Positions 17,162 to 28,358 are shown, counted from the first letter of the stretch. The stretch: 64,000 nt of DNA from Candidatus Sumerlaeaceae bacterium (GCA_051003195.1 JBPCLP010000020.1:166664-230663); one strand, 5' to 3'. Numbers and translations: made by a program. Notes: generated by a model not told the origin, from the letters alone.

Positions 17162-20029
17162 TTATGGTTTCTTTCGGTCTCTAAGCGCTCGTCGCGCCTG
17201 CGTCTTAGCGCTGCTGAGATATCCCATGTCCTCGCCTTTTTGTTCTGGCTCCGGAGTAGTGCCTGGTGTTGCGCCGGGTTCCTGGACCCCCGGTTGTGCC
17301 TGCGGTAGATCTGTGGGCTCTGCTTTGCGGCGCGTACGCAACTCGCGCGTACGGGCTTTGAGAAGCGGCGTCGTATCTTGCAATGTGTCGGCGAGCGGCG
17401 CAGTCCGGCGGCCGCGCAAACTCCACGAACTTACGGCCGCTTGCGAAGTAAGAGTCCGTCGCTTCGCCCATGCAATGGCAGCAGCAAGCATCCCAAAGCG
17501 CGCTTCGGCAATTTCACCCAGAAGCAGCAGCACAAACAGGATTAGTAGCGGCGTAACGAGCGGCATGGTACCAACAGAAGTGCCAACACGGTCAAAGATC
17601 GTGCGAACATCCAATATCTCTCGGCCTCCTGTGATCGTCGCCATCTGTGCGAGCATTTCGCGCCCCGCCGACGGGCCTTTATCATATGCAAACTCCGGCG
17701 AGACCGGCATGGAGACAGGTCCAATTTTATAGCTCTTATCGCCCATCTGTACCACGCCTCGGTAGCAGCCGACTTCCTCCAGTTTTACACTCGCGGACAA
17801 GCGGTTGTGGCTGTCCCACTGCATCGGTTTGCTGATTGTATAGCCGTTCGGAGTGAACATCAGCAATTTTACTTCGCCCATCTGCGCCCGCTCTTCGTCG
17901 CCCACCTCCATCCGAATGCGCGCGTAATTATTATCCATGTCGGATTTGATCTGTAAATTGTCGAAGACGTTACTTCCCATAATCCAGCGCGTGGTGTTAA
18001 GGATAATGTCGGGGTAATTGGGTGTTTGTGCAAAAGCCTTATCGCAGTCCAGTGCGATGGAAGCGGCACGGCCGAGCCCTGTCTGCCAGAAGGCAAGGAT
18101 CGGAGCGTTGTCGGCGTCCGCCGTGGCAATTCCCACGTCGGCCTTCTCGCGCGGGAAGAGCAGGTTATACCCGGAGCAGGTAAAGTCTGCCCATTTCTGG
18201 TCTGGCGCAATGGTGTACGCTGCGCCGCGCACCTTCATCGGCGCGGCCTCTTCCACGAAACTCTTTCGTGCATAGGTGATCGTGTCGGCAGTGAAGAACT
18301 GGATAAGCTGATGCGCGTCTTCGGTGAAATAGACTTGGCCGTTACCGCGCGCTGCCACGTCCTTAAGAAACTCTGCATCGGGATCTTTCTCGTTACCGAG
18401 TCCTATCACGCTGACCGTGATTCCGGCCTCTTTGAACTTCTCCAGCAGCACTTTGTAATCGCCCGGCTCCTCGGCGTCGGCGGCATCTGCAAACAGCAGG
18501 ATGTGCTTGTTCAACTGTGTTGCCTTTGTAATCTCGGAGCCCGCCGCAACCAGACCCGTATAAACAAAAATACCGCCGCCCATACTCTCGATCTTTCGGA
18601 TTTCGGCGGCGAGTCGTTCCGTATCTGAAACCGGCTGCTGGGGCACGAAGATATGCGCGGCGCTGTCGACGGGGATGACCGAGAGACTGTCTGCGCCCGT
18701 GAGCAGGCTCAGCGCCTCAATTGCCGCCGCGTCTGCGAGTTGGATCTTTGTCTGGCCGGATGGCACAGTCATCGCCATACTGCCGGAGCGGTCGATCACA
18801 AAGCTGAAGGCGGTCGAAACTTTCTTCGATTGCTTACGATCCTCCAGGGCCACCGGCAGTACAGTCTCCAGCGGACTCCGATAGTATCCGCCCGCCGAAA
18901 AGCTCTGGTTTCCGCCGCACACCAGCAGCCCGCCGCCCTCCTGGAGAACAAAATCGCGCAGACCTTCGATCTGCGTGCGTGTGATCCTGGTGATCGCTAC
19001 GTTGTTCAGGATGATGCCTTTGTAACCTTCGAACTGGTTTACACCGAGGTGAAAATTATCGATGTCGGCCAGGTGAAGCTGCAGCCCGCCCGCGGTAAGT
19101 ACCTGCGCGACGTTATCTGGCTGGCCTGTGTTATTCACCAGCAGCACGGGACGTTCGCCTACGACGCTGACAAACTTCTCTGCCTGGTTGTCGGTCTTCA
19201 CCATTTCCTGTTCGGCAGGTGTCGTTTGCACCTCGATCCGATAGGAGTGAATGCCGGTGTTCTTCAGGTTATCCGTGAGCGGAATGCGGTTGGCTCCGGC
19301 CTTAAAGTTATAGCTGCGCCAGCCCTGGTCCTGAGTTTCGCCAATGATTTTGTTGTCACGGTAGACGCGATAGCGACCGGGTGTATCCACCGTGGAGTTG
19401 ACGCGGAACGTCGCACGAAACGGTTCATTCGTGAGAATCTTGTCAGGCGTTTCCACATCCGAAACGAACAAGTTAAAAATGTCGGCGCGTTTCAGATCGC
19501 GATAATAGATGGGTATCTTTCGCTGCCGCGCGATCTGTGCCTCACGAAGTGGGTCCTGGCCCGTGTACTCGCCGTCGCTGAGAACGAGCATTTTGGTTCG
19601 TCGTGTCTCGGGCGCCAGTGACAACACGGTGTTCATTCCCTCTGCGAGGTCTGAAGCATCCTCGGAGTAAGGGATTTGAAAGTTTTTGATCGTGGTTTCC
19701 TGGGAAGGAACCTGCTCGATATAGCCCTTTTCATTAAAACTCACAACCCCGAGCCGATCGCCAGGTTGCAGGTTTCGGGCCGCCAACTCCAACAGTTCCT
19801 GCTCCTTGCCGCGAGCCTCGTTGGATATCGAACGAGAGCGATCTACGAGAAGATACAGGTCCATCGATTTCGTGCGGCGGGAGATCGAAGGATAACAAAG
19901 CAACAGCACGGCCACAACCACCAGGGCCGTGCGCCACCAGTTCTTGTTCCGGACAAATTTCCAGTACAGATAAATAAGCAGTGCGCCCAGAATCAGGGCT
20001 TCCGGGTATGCCAGCGTCGGGAAAATCAT
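17162..20029 (-). CDS. Double-VWA membrane protein with a glutamine-amidotransferase-like domain
   Basis: Two MIDAS motifs (VDRSRS and IDRSGSM), LSDG, GGGLLVCGG..SFSAGGY..LPV, WQTGLGR; N- and C-terminal TM segments. Confidence 0.85.
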   Translation of the reverse strand: MIFPTLAYPEALILGALLIYLYWKFVRNKNWWRTALVVVAVLLLCYPSISRRTKSMDLYLLVDRSRSISNEARGKEQELLELAARNLQPGDRLGVVSFNEKGYIEQVPSQETTIKNFQIPYSEDASDLAEGMNTVLSLAPETRRTKMLVLSDGEYTGQDPLREAQIARQRKIPIYYRDLKRADIFNLFVSDVETPDKILTNEPFRATFRVNSTVDTPGRYRVYRDNKIIGETQDQGWRSYNFKAGANRIPLTDNLKNTGIHSYRIEVQTTPAEQEMVKTDNQAEKFVSVVGERPVLLVNNTGQPDNVAQVLTAGGLQLHLADIDNFHLGVNQFEGYKGIILNNVAITRITRTQIEGLRDFVLQEGGGLLVCGGNQSFSAGGYYRSPLETVLPVALEDRKQSKKVSTAFSFVIDRSGSMAMTVPSGQTKIQLADAAAIEALSLLTGADSLSVIPVDSAAHIFVPQQPVSDTERLAAEIRKIESMGGGIFVYTGLVAAGSEITKATQLNKHILLFADAADAEEPGDYKVLLEKFKEAGITVSVIGLGNEKDPDAEFLKDVAARGNGQVYFTEDAHQLIQFFTADTITYARKSFVEEAAPMKVRGAAYTIAPDQKWADFTCSGYNLLFPREKADVGIATADADNAPILAFWQTGLGRAASIALDCDKAFAQTPNYPDIILNTTRWIMGSNVFDNLQIKSDMDNNYARIRMEVGDEERAQMGEVKLLMFTPNGYTISKPMQWDSHNRLSASVKLEEVGCYRGVVQMGDKSYKIGPVSMPVSPEFAYDKGPSAGREMLAQMATITGGREILDVRTIFDRVGTSVGTMPLVTPLLILFVLLLLGEIAEARFGMLAAAIAWAKRRTLTSQAAVSSWSLRGRRTAPLADTLQDTTPLLKARTRELRTRRKAEPTDLPQAQPGVQEPGATPGTTPEPEQKGEDMGYLSSAKTQARRALRDRKKP

Positions 20030-20153
20030 GAGAGGAGAACCTCGCGTGGCATCATTGCAATAACCACATACTGATTCGCGGGATTAAGAACCAGCATCAG
20101 CTCGCGAGCGCATTCCGAATGAGAAGCTGCATCGAATCTGGCGAAAGGTTTTT

Positions 20154-21947
20154 TCAGTGGGCTGCATCCTGGTATATCCAGGACAGGAGCGTTGCGAGCA
20201 GTATTGCAACCAGGAGCCCGTAGAACAGCAGTCGGTTTCGACCGGCCTGAGCCACGGCGTCTGCGCGAAGTTTCTGAAAATCCGCGGAATGGGGTCTAAT
20301 ATTACGGAGATCGCTTTCTCCCGGCGCGAAGAGGTTTACCTGGAATTGCGCGAGCGATTTGGCCGAGGAACCCTTTCCCTGTGTAATGCTGTAACCGCCT
20401 CGCTGCAAATCTTTAAGTACGGGCGGCAGTTCGTCCTGGTATTCCGCGATTGGTTTGCTGTCGCCTTCACGCGCTAACGTAAACATTTTCTCCAACCCTG
20501 GCATCGGCCTCAGATGAAGCTGGATTTCCTCCCCCGTTCGAAAATTCGTGCGGTCCATGCCCGGAATGGCATCGCGGCAGTCCTCCACCATTCCCTGCAC
20601 CATGACTGGCCACGCGGTGGAGCGAAACAGGTTGGTGGCCTGCCAGTCCAGGTTCACGGCGTAGCGTCGCGCTTCACCTTGTGTTGCCTCTGTATAGACC
20701 AGCGGATGACTTGTGTATGAAATCAACGCAGAGGTGAGATTACTGACAGCGGGCGGCGGTGCATACGTCCACAGAACACCTTCGAGCGTCAGGTTTTCGG
20801 TGATGCGCGAGCGCTGGTCCAGCACCAGCTGCTGACCCTGCGCAACCATTCGCGATGCACTCGTTGCTGGATCAACAAATCGGTACGTCCGCAGTGCTGA
20901 CGGAAGCGACGCCGCTGAACGCATGAATGCGAGCTCGGCTATGCGCGGATCATCGGTCACGTACGCATTCGGCACCGATTCAATGGCTTTGCGCATGGAG
21001 TCGGTTACCTCCCCAAAATCGTCGACGTAGGCGCGCACCGTTTTAACATTTACGGCGGCGAGAACCACCGAGTCATCTGCCGCCAATGCGTCCGCCGGAG
21101 AGATATCCAGGCGGATGGGATGCTCTGTATCGGGAATTTCAAAGTCGAGTGATGCGGGCTGACCGGGCGGCACCTCAATGGATTTCGAGGCCACTTCCTG
21201 TCCACCGATGCTGGCCTTTATCGAGATCTGGCTCGCGCCGGAAGCGTAGCCTTTGATGGTTGCGACAACGCGGTCACGGTGCGCGGCAATTCGAAGACGA
21301 TCCGCGAACGAGATCGCGGCGTTCGGCGCGGCTTCGCCAACAGCATGCGTCTCGAGAGCTGGTCCGTAACTCTGGCTGGTGCCACTATCGTCAGTCAGCA
21401 GCAGCACGCGTCCGGTTGTGCCGGCAAACTTCATGGCGAGGTTCATCGCGCTTTCCAGCTCGCATACAGGGGCTTCGGGTTGCCACGCATTCAGGGACTG
21501 CACCAGTTCCAGCCTGGTTGCGAAGGGCCCCGCGAGCAGTCGCGGACGCGCCGCCGCGGCTACAAGCGTAAAGCGGTCGCTGTCGCGCGCCCACTTCGTA
21601 GCTGCCTGCGTCGCGCGCTCGGCGCTGCTGTTGGTCCGCGCTCGTGCCTGCATACTGATCGAATCGTCGGCAATAATTGTGAAGTGGCGTGCCTGTAACC
21701 TCGTCGGCCAGTCAAACCCTGCGATTAGCAGGCTCAGGATTAACGCGGCAATTAGCTGGAACAGAAGCGGCAGAGTGCGGATCAGCCGATCGAATCGCCG
21801 GCCGGCGGGCAGCTTCACGCGGGCGAATTCCCAGAGGTGTAACCCCCCGATTCGCCGCACCCTTCGCCGATCGCGAAAAAAATGCAGCGCCAGAATGGCC
21901 GGGATGGATAATAGCGCGAGCAAACCCCATGGGTTCAAGAACACCAT
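20154..21947 (-). CDS. BatA-domain / VWA protein
   Basis: BatA-like N-terminus MVFLNPWGLLALLSIPAILALHF, DDSISM MIDAS-like motif, LLTD, ESDL before the C-terminal TM helix. Confidence 0.85.
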   Translation of the reverse strand: MVFLNPWGLLALLSIPAILALHFFRDRRRVRRIGGLHLWEFARVKLPAGRRFDRLIRTLPLLFQLIAALILSLLIAGFDWPTRLQARHFTIIADDSISMQARARTNSSAERATQAATKWARDSDRFTLVAAAARPRLLAGPFATRLELVQSLNAWQPEAPVCELESAMNLAMKFAGTTGRVLLLTDDSGTSQSYGPALETHAVGEAAPNAAISFADRLRIAAHRDRVVATIKGYASGASQISIKASIGGQEVASKSIEVPPGQPASLDFEIPDTEHPIRLDISPADALAADDSVVLAAVNVKTVRAYVDDFGEVTDSMRKAIESVPNAYVTDDPRIAELAFMRSAASLPSALRTYRFVDPATSASRMVAQGQQLVLDQRSRITENLTLEGVLWTYAPPPAVSNLTSALISYTSHPLVYTEATQGEARRYAVNLDWQATNLFRSTAWPVMVQGMVEDCRDAIPGMDRTNFRTGEEIQLHLRPMPGLEKMFTLAREGDSKPIAEYQDELPPVLKDLQRGGYSITQGKGSSAKSLAQFQVNLFAPGESDLRNIRPHSADFQKLRADAVAQAGRNRLLFYGLLVAILLATLLSWIYQDAAH

Positions 21948-21976
21948 CGCGTGTTAAAGGTGCTCGTTAGTCATCG

Positions 21977-22879
21977 TCAGATGGTCACAGCGCCGCTGGT
22001 CAGAAGTTTTCGGATCATCGACTCGAGCGAATCGTCCTCGCGTATCATTGTGAGGCAACCATTGCGGGGACGCAGCCATTGCGCCATATCGTCACGCAAC
22101 GCATTGAGTCGACGCTTGTATCCATCAATCGTGCCGCGGTCCAGTTTTACATCCAGATGCATGTCTGCCTCCGCGTCTTCCAACCGCATCATTGCGCCGA
22201 CGCTTAACGCCTCGTCGGGATCGTCTTCGAACGAAGACAGGACCTGCACAATCACCAGCCTGTCCGCATCGCGAAATACTTTAGTGATTTCGGGGGGCGA
22301 AAATGGAAACAGCAGATCACTGACAAGAATTTTGATACCGCCAGGCCGAGTCGCAGCGGAGCCACGAAGCAGTGGCAACGGACTTTCCAGCCGAGTATCC
22401 GCGATCCGCAGCAGCTCAAGCGGGGACTGGATCGGGCGAAGATGCTCGCCTACCGCGTGTACCCGCACCAAGGCGTGCAGCTTGCGGGCGAGCAGGAAGA
22501 GAAAGTACGACGTCTCAAGCCGACGTTGCGCTTTTTCACCTGTAACCGACATGCTGGCTGAGCAGTCGATGACCAGATCCACGGACGGCGTGATTTCCTC
22601 GCGGTACAACTTCACCGTCATTCGGTCACTGCGCGCGTAGCCGCGCCAGTCTACGTGCCGAAGGTCATCGCCCGGCGCGAAATCCTTTCGATCCTGGTAC
22701 TCCACGGAACTTCCCGTTCGGCGCCCGGACAGTTCACCGATACGTGCCGCACGTTGTCGTTCCGGTAGCGCGAGGTGGTACTGCATCGCGAGCCCCTCAA
22801 TAGCAGCGCGCGTCGGGAACGCATTTCCCGATGAACCACCTGCTGTTCCAGCACTCACAACATCGGGCGCAGAACTCAT
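21977..22879 (-). CDS. DUF58 family protein
   Basis: GSSVEYQDRKDFAPGDDLRHVDWR, IDCSASM, VSDL. Start placed at ATG 22879, just after the upstream stop. Confidence 0.9.
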   Translation of the reverse strand: MSSAPDVVSAGTAGGSSGNAFPTRAAIEGLAMQYHLALPERQRAARIGELSGRRTGSSVEYQDRKDFAPGDDLRHVDWRGYARSDRMTVKLYREEITPSVDLVIDCSASMSVTGEKAQRRLETSYFLFLLARKLHALVRVHAVGEHLRPIQSPLELLRIADTRLESPLPLLRGSAATRPGGIKILVSDLLFPFSPPEITKVFRDADRLVIVQVLSSFEDDPDEALSVGAMMRLEDAEADMHLDVKLDRGTIDGYKRRLNALRDDMAQWLRPRNGCLTMIREDDSLESMIRKLLTSGAVTI

Positions 22880-22883
22880 GTTT

Positions 22884-24470
22884 TTAATCTGCCAGGGAAG
22901 CGGAGGTAGAGTCGCTATCCATCGTGACGCGTCGCGGCAGTAGCCCGGCGGCTTCCAGTGCACGCATTCGTGCTACATAGTAATACATGAGAACAAGTCC
23001 TACGAGCCCGAGCCCGAATCGAATGTAAGGCGCCTTTTGATATAATCCGCTGCCCGAACGCAGGTCGGCAAATGCGGATGAAAATGGCGAGACAAGGAGC
23101 GCGGCAACTTCGAACACGCGCGCGAGCTTCGATGTGTGCCCGGGCATGTTCCACCATGCCACGAAAAAGGCAAACACTGCACCTGAGATTCCCCACCACA
23201 TCGCGACGAGTGTGCGCTGCAATGCGTAGTTAGTGCGCAGGCCACGTAGATGTAACAACAGGCCAAACGGAAAGACCAGGAAGAACGGTATCTGCATCGG
23301 CATTGATACGGCCTGAAGCCAGTCATTAGGCGGGTTTCCACTGGTGCCGGGTGCAAGCGAAGTGGTGCTATAGGTTATTGTACAATAATAAATAAGCGCC
23401 GCAGTGCCTGCCAGGGTGAACAAAACGAGAACGATGGTACGCATAGTTCCTGCGGTGCCCGGCTGAAAGCAGATATAGAGCAGCTTGCGCCACGAGTGCA
23501 CGTTCTGGTACTTGTTTTTAATGATCACCGGAACGCTCGGCCGGTTATAAAACAGTGTGAGCCCCAGAACGCAAAGCGCCAGGAACACCGGGACAGTTGT
23601 GAAGGCTGGTTCGGACGGAGAATATCCCCAGCGCCACACCGTCACGGTCCGGTAGCACAACCAACTGCTCACCAGCGTGAAGAACAGCAGCTTGATCGGC
23701 AGCTCACGCGAATCCGATTCCCGGCTGATAGTGTTGCAGCACAGATAGAAAATGAGCAGGCAGAGCTGTGCGTAGAAGAACATGAAAACAATGAGCATCA
23801 CAATAGCGCGCACGTTGAGAGTCAGTATGTCCTTAATCAGGTTCGAAGTGGCTCGGAACAGTTCACCAAGTGGAGACGATGGCGACACGAGCGAAATGAA
23901 GCCTGAGATAACAATAAAGATGATCGCGAAAATCGCGGCGACGCGGCCGAGCGTCGACACCTGTTTCAACCGCGTGCTCAGCGCCACAAGCAACGTCAAC
24001 AAATAGAGCGGGAGAAACGCGAGCAGGGTCAGGACCGCGCCGCTGATCAGCTCGAAAAAGTCAAGCCCGCCAAGGAAGTAGGCGAAGAACATGAACGGCA
24101 CGATGCAGAAGAACCCGAACAGGAATTCGTACACCATGCTGAGAAGCTTGCCGCCGATCATCCGCTCCAGCGACATGCCGGATAGTTCATACAACTCGAA
24201 CGTTCGATTTGCGAATTCGCGCGCCGTCAAGCTGTGGCCCATGAACGCAATGATCAGCGCGTAGATCACCAATATGACGTACAACGAGTAGAACACCTTA
24301 GGCCCAGGCCGCGTAATCTCTTCGCCCAGCGACATGATAAAAACGGAAACGCCCTCGGCGAGCAGCAGCAGCCCGAAAAACAATGCGATGAACGTGCGGT
24401 TCCGCAGCCACTGCGTGATGTCCTTATAGAACATTGCGTTGTCCTGCAGTTGACGCACAAGGCTTCTCAT
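22884..24470 (-). CDS. ABC-2-type permease-like membrane protein
   Basis: Many TM helices, AREFANRTFEL...GKL motif, adjacent ABC ATPase. Start uncertain (ATG 24470 or TTG 24569). Confidence 0.75.
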   Translation of the reverse strand: MRSLVRQLQDNAMFYKDITQWLRNRTFIALFFGLLLLAEGVSVFIMSLGEEITRPGPKVFYSLYVILVIYALIIAFMGHSLTAREFANRTFELYELSGMSLERMIGGKLLSMVYEFLFGFFCIVPFMFFAYFLGGLDFFELISGAVLTLLAFLPLYLLTLLVALSTRLKQVSTLGRVAAIFAIIFIVISGFISLVSPSSPLGELFRATSNLIKDILTLNVRAIVMLIVFMFFYAQLCLLIFYLCCNTISRESDSRELPIKLLFFTLVSSWLCYRTVTVWRWGYSPSEPAFTTVPVFLALCVLGLTLFYNRPSVPVIIKNKYQNVHSWRKLLYICFQPGTAGTMRTIVLVLFTLAGTAALIYYCTITYSTTSLAPGTSGNPPNDWLQAVSMPMQIPFFLVFPFGLLLHLRGLRTNYALQRTLVAMWWGISGAVFAFFVAWWNMPGHTSKLARVFEVAALLVSPFSSAFADLRSGSGLYQKAPYIRFGLGLVGLVLMYYYVARMRALEAAGLLPRRVTMDSDSTSASLAD

Positions 24471-24558
24471 CGCAGCGCTCCAGAGCAATGCGGCAGTTGC
24501 GGAAGCATGACTTCTGAACCTGAATGCCAGGAGACAGGTCTGGCCACTTTGCGGTCCA

Positions 24559-25527
24559 TCACTGTTCAATGTCGCTTTGCGTAATTTGCATGAACACGTC
24601 TTCCATCGACAGCATCACTGGCTTGAATTCGAGCACCGGGAAACCGGCTTCGATGATTTCTCGAAGCAGCGCCGGCACCTGCCCCTTGTCCCCTGCAAAC
24701 GAGAATGTCATCGCCATACTTTCGCGCGGAGATACCTGCGAGACCGCCGCGCGCTCGAGAAGCCACGTCTCGAAACGCAAGAGTTCCTCCTGTTCGCCAA
24801 CCAGCTTCACGCTGATCTCGACTGCTTCCTGCATGGACCCCTGGATCTGCTCGACTGTTCCAAACGTTACCTGACGGCCGCGGTCGATAATCAGCATTTC
24901 GTCGCACATCTCGGCCAATTCGGTCAGAATGTGCGAACTCACGAAGATCGTTTTACCCTGCTCGGCCAACTGCTTCATCAGGTACCGCAGCTCGACGCGC
25001 GCACGCGGATCAAGCCCCGCGGCCGGTTCATCCAGGATCAGCACCTTGGGATCATTAAGTAATCCACGGCCCATGTTCAGCCGCTGCATCATACCCTTGG
25101 ATAAGGTGTCGACGCGTTTGCCGTCGATCTTATTGAGTCCGGTAAACTCCATGATGCGATCGATCCGGGTGCCACGGATCGCAGGTTCCAATCCATAGGC
25201 GCGTGCATAAAATTCCAGGTAATCGCGGATAGTTAAGTCGGGATAAGTTCCGTAGTGATCCGGCATGTAGCCAATAAGCCGTCGTATCTCATACGGATGC
25301 TCGTAGGTGGACATGCCGTTGACATAAATCTCGCCGCTGGTTGGCTCCTCCAGCGTTGCGATCATTCGCATGGTCGTCGTCTTGCCGGCCCCGTTTGGAC
25401 CAACAAAGGCATAGATCCGCCCGGGGTGGAGTTTAAACGACAGGTCATCGACCGCCTTAAAATTACCGAACATCTTTGTGAGATTGCGTACTTCTAACAC
25501 GGTGCGCCGCCTTGCAGGGCGGTGCAT
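24559..25527 (-). CDS. ABC transporter ATP-binding protein
   Basis: Walker A GPNGAGKTT, signature LSKGM, Walker B LILDEP, SSH switch. Start uncertain. Confidence 0.92.
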   Translation of the reverse strand: MHRPARRRTVLEVRNLTKMFGNFKAVDDLSFKLHPGRIYAFVGPNGAGKTTTMRMIATLEEPTSGEIYVNGMSTYEHPYEIRRLIGYMPDHYGTYPDLTIRDYLEFYARAYGLEPAIRGTRIDRIMEFTGLNKIDGKRVDTLSKGMMQRLNMGRGLLNDPKVLILDEPAAGLDPRARVELRYLMKQLAEQGKTIFVSSHILTELAEMCDEMLIIDRGRQVTFGTVEQIQGSMQEAVEISVKLVGEQEELLRFETWLLERAAVSQVSPRESMAMTFSFAGDKGQVPALLREIIEAGFPVLEFKPVMLSMEDVFMQITQSDIEQ

Positions 25528-25549
25528 GGTTTGCCGCTGGGGGATGTCA

Positions 25550-27307
25550 TCACTTGCCGCCCTGCGATGTCGTGGTCGAATCATCGCTTAGCCCAACGAG
25601 CACGTTGCAGTTTCTTAATGCGTCAATTGTAACCCCCGTCTCAATGTAGGATGGATTTTGCGTCATTAGCACTGCATAGTGTGCGCCGGGCACTTTCATC
25701 ACGGCCGCCGCGAATCCACTCATCCGCTCCTCTATGACCCGCCGCTCGTCTGCGGACATTACCCGCTGCGCGAGCAGGCGAACGATTCGATCGTCATATG
25801 TCATGCCAGCGCCCATCGCGGGCACATCCGAACCACTCACGGGTGACAGCGTTACCTTGCCCCCGGCGGGCACCTTTCCTCCCGCGAAGTAGCGTCCGCC
25901 CGTTTCGACGATCACTCCCTCCAGCGCTTTCTCGAATCCATTAATAACCGTGGATGCCTGCGGGTCCCAGATCAGCCGTTCGCGCGTATGAAACGGACTG
26001 GCCGTGAAGTAGTGGAAGTTTGTCGACGGCTGGAAGAGGCCGGACGAGAGCAGCGTCCCGTTCGTCATATCGATTTCGTAGTTATCAGCGGATCGAACGG
26101 GCAGGAAAACCGTCTCCGGCTTAAACCTGAACCCGCCCAGGGGGTACAATCCTGAGTACAACGTAGAGCGCGCGAAAGCGAATCCCTGGTCGAGGCGCTC
26201 ATTCAGCGTGGCAACGCTCACAGTCCCGCCGCGCCGGGCAAATCCCTGCGTTCCGATGAAATACCCGGTTATCAAGGTGCAGAAGCCGAGCGAGATCGCA
26301 GGCAGCGAAATCATGAGCATGCGGATGCGGCCTTTACGCTTATAGTAAAAATAATTGATAGGTCCCGCCAGCACAAGGAACAGGGTCGCGATAAAAAACG
26401 CGCCTGTGCGTCCGCCCGGCTTCTGCACCATGTATGGGAAATTGGATTCTCCGCCGCTTGTTCCGTAGAACTGTTGCCAGAGTTGCTCGGTGCGTCTCCA
26501 TTCGCTTGGGAAATCGCCGCCGGTTAGATTAATGGGAGAATCCTTGCGCCGCTCCAGGACGCCCAGTCCAAGAGACTCGGTCGAATCCTTGTCCGCACCA
26601 TACACGCTTAAAAAGCCGCCGGACTGCACCCAGCGCATCATCGCGTCCTGCTCCGACTGCGGCAGACGTCCTAATGCGGTCTGCCGAATAAAAACAGAAT
26701 GAAAGGGCGCATAGCACATCCAGTTCTCGGGCAGATCGCGTGGTTCAATTTGCGAGATCACGCGGTCCGGTGTCGAACTCCCGGCGCCGCCGACCGGCCC
26801 GCCGCCGGCGTATTGGCGCGTAAAGTCGTCGAGTTCCTTTTCCGTCGCAAACTTCTCCAGTTCGCAGATATTTAAGAAACGCCGCCCGTTGCCCGAATAC
26901 GAGTAGTTGCCCATTGCGACCGGCTTGCGCTCTCCAAGTGTATCCGTGATTGTGAGACTCGGATAACGTATAAAGGGGACCGCGAGGTTGTGAATGCGGG
27001 TGTCTCCGGGATCAAGCGCGGGAGCGGAAATCGTAATACGTCCGCGCCCGGAATAATCCGAGTTCGACTCAAAACGATAGCCCACTTTGGTACCGCCGTT
27101 ATTACGCACGGTGATACGTACGTACCCATAAGGCGAATTGTCGTGTTTTCCCAGAAGCTCACCGGTCGCGTCAACGGCCGCAGTACTTAGAGGCATCAAC
27201 ATGGATACGAGTAGCAGCGCGCAGCGGTGAAATGCACCTGCGCGAACCGCGCACCTGCTGGGATTTTTCTTTCTTCTTTGGTCGCCGCGCTTTAATTCCA
27301 AATTCAA
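25550..27307 (-). CDS. Conserved hypothetical membrane protein of MoxR/ABC loci
   Basis: Signal-like N-terminus (TTG just after the moxR stop), GATase-like WVQSGG segment, TM hairpin LAGPINYF. Confidence 0.7.
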   Translation of the reverse strand: MNLELKRGDQRRKKNPSRCAVRAGAFHRCALLLVSMLMPLSTAAVDATGELLGKHDNSPYGYVRITVRNNGGTKVGYRFESNSDYSGRGRITISAPALDPGDTRIHNLAVPFIRYPSLTITDTLGERKPVAMGNYSYSGNGRRFLNICELEKFATEKELDDFTRQYAGGGPVGGAGSSTPDRVISQIEPRDLPENWMCYAPFHSVFIRQTALGRLPQSEQDAMMRWVQSGGFLSVYGADKDSTESLGLGVLERRKDSPINLTGGDFPSEWRRTEQLWQQFYGTSGGESNFPYMVQKPGGRTGAFFIATLFLVLAGPINYFYYKRKGRIRMLMISLPAISLGFCTLITGYFIGTQGFARRGGTVSVATLNERLDQGFAFARSTLYSGLYPLGGFRFKPETVFLPVRSADNYEIDMTNGTLLSSGLFQPSTNFHYFTASPFHTRERLIWDPQASTVINGFEKALEGVIVETGGRYFAGGKVPAGGKVTLSPVSGSDVPAMGAGMTYDDRIVRLLAQRVMSADERRVIEERMSGFAAAVMKVPGAHYAVLMTQNPSYIETGVTIDALRNCNVLVGLSDDSTTTSQGGK

Positions 27308-27308
27308 T

Positions 27309-28358
27309 CTACGCCTTAACCCCCGCCGGCAGCGCCTTGCTGTAAACGTCCACGCTCTCCACAATTGCGGCGAGAACCTTGTCGATTGTTATGCCGTCCA
27401 TACGTGCTGAGTAATCCAGGATAAGTCGATGGTTCATAACAGGGCCGTAAAGGTCACGCACGGCTTCAAAACCTGCCTGCATTTGACCCTGCATCAGTGC
27501 ACGCGCACGGGCCGATGCACCAAGCGCAATCGCCGCGCGCGGGCTGCCGCCGTAGCGCACGTATTGCTTTACCATCGACGGTGCCGAATCGCTGTCGGGA
27601 TGGCTTGCCTCAACGAGGCGAGATATATAGCCTGCTACGGCCTCGCTGATGTAAATTTCTCGCGACACCGCAATGGCGTCGCGCAGTTGCTGAAGTTCCA
27701 GTACCGCGGTGTGTTGGGGCGGCATGCCATTCACTCGCTCGCGAACAATATCACGAAGCACGTTTTCAGTTGGCCGGCCAAGGTGCAGCTTGAAGAGGAA
27801 GCGATCTACCTGAGCCTCGGGAAGGGGGTATGTGCCCTCCAGCTCGATCGGGTTTTGCGTCGCTATTGCGAAAAACGGATCCGGCAAACGGTGGGTCTCG
27901 CCCATCACGGTTACGTTGTGTTCCGCCATTGCTTCTAAAAGGGCGCTCTGCGTCTTTGGGCTCGCGCGATTAATCTCATCACACAGCAAAATGTTCCCAA
28001 ACACCGGGCCCGGCTGAAAAACAAAGTTCCGGTTGCGGTGCCCGTTGCCGTCGGCCTCACCTTCCTGGAGAATATAGCTGCCCGTTATATCCGACGGCAG
28101 TAAGTCCGGCGTAAACTGCACACGACGGAACTCAATCGAGCAAAGCCGTGCGAATCCTTTCACCAGCTCCGTCTTTCCCAGCCCAGGCAGCCCCTCCAGC
28201 AACACGTGACCCCCAGCCAGGATCCCGGTAACCAGGTTCGTGATCAGCTCTTCTTTGCCGAGCAGTACCTGGTTGAGCAGTCCAATCAGCTCCTCAAGTT
28301 TCGGCCCTAGAGTCTCCACGTTTTGCTTCAGCTGCTGTTCGGTTATCGGCATTGGCAT
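27309..28358 (-). CDS. moxR: MoxR family AAA+ ATPase
   Basis: GHVLLEGLPGLGKT, RVQFTPDLLPSDITG, DEINRASPKTQSALLEAM, ATQNPIELEGTYPLPEAQVDRF. Confidence 0.95.
   Translation of the reverse strand: MPMPITEQQLKQNVETLGPKLEELIGLLNQVLLGKEELITNLVTGILAGGHVLLEGLPGLGKTELVKGFARLCSIEFRRVQFTPDLLPSDITGSYILQEGEADGNGHRNRNFVFQPGPVFGNILLCDEINRASPKTQSALLEAMAEHNVTVMGETHRLPDPFFAIATQNPIELEGTYPLPEAQVDRFLFKLHLGRPTENVLRDIVRERVNGMPPQHTAVLELQQLRDAIAVSREIYISEAVAGYISRLVEASHPDSDSAPSMVKQYVRYGGSPRAAIALGASARARALMQGQMQAGFEAVRDLYGPVMNHRLILDYSARMDGITIDKVLAAIVESVDVYSKALPAGVKA

Noticed and set aside
18653..19621. Long antisense ORFs (also 29136-30032, 39500-40366, 51665-52582 and others)
   Set aside because: Shadow frames opposite well-supported genes, with no recognisable motifs; expected in GC-rich DNA.
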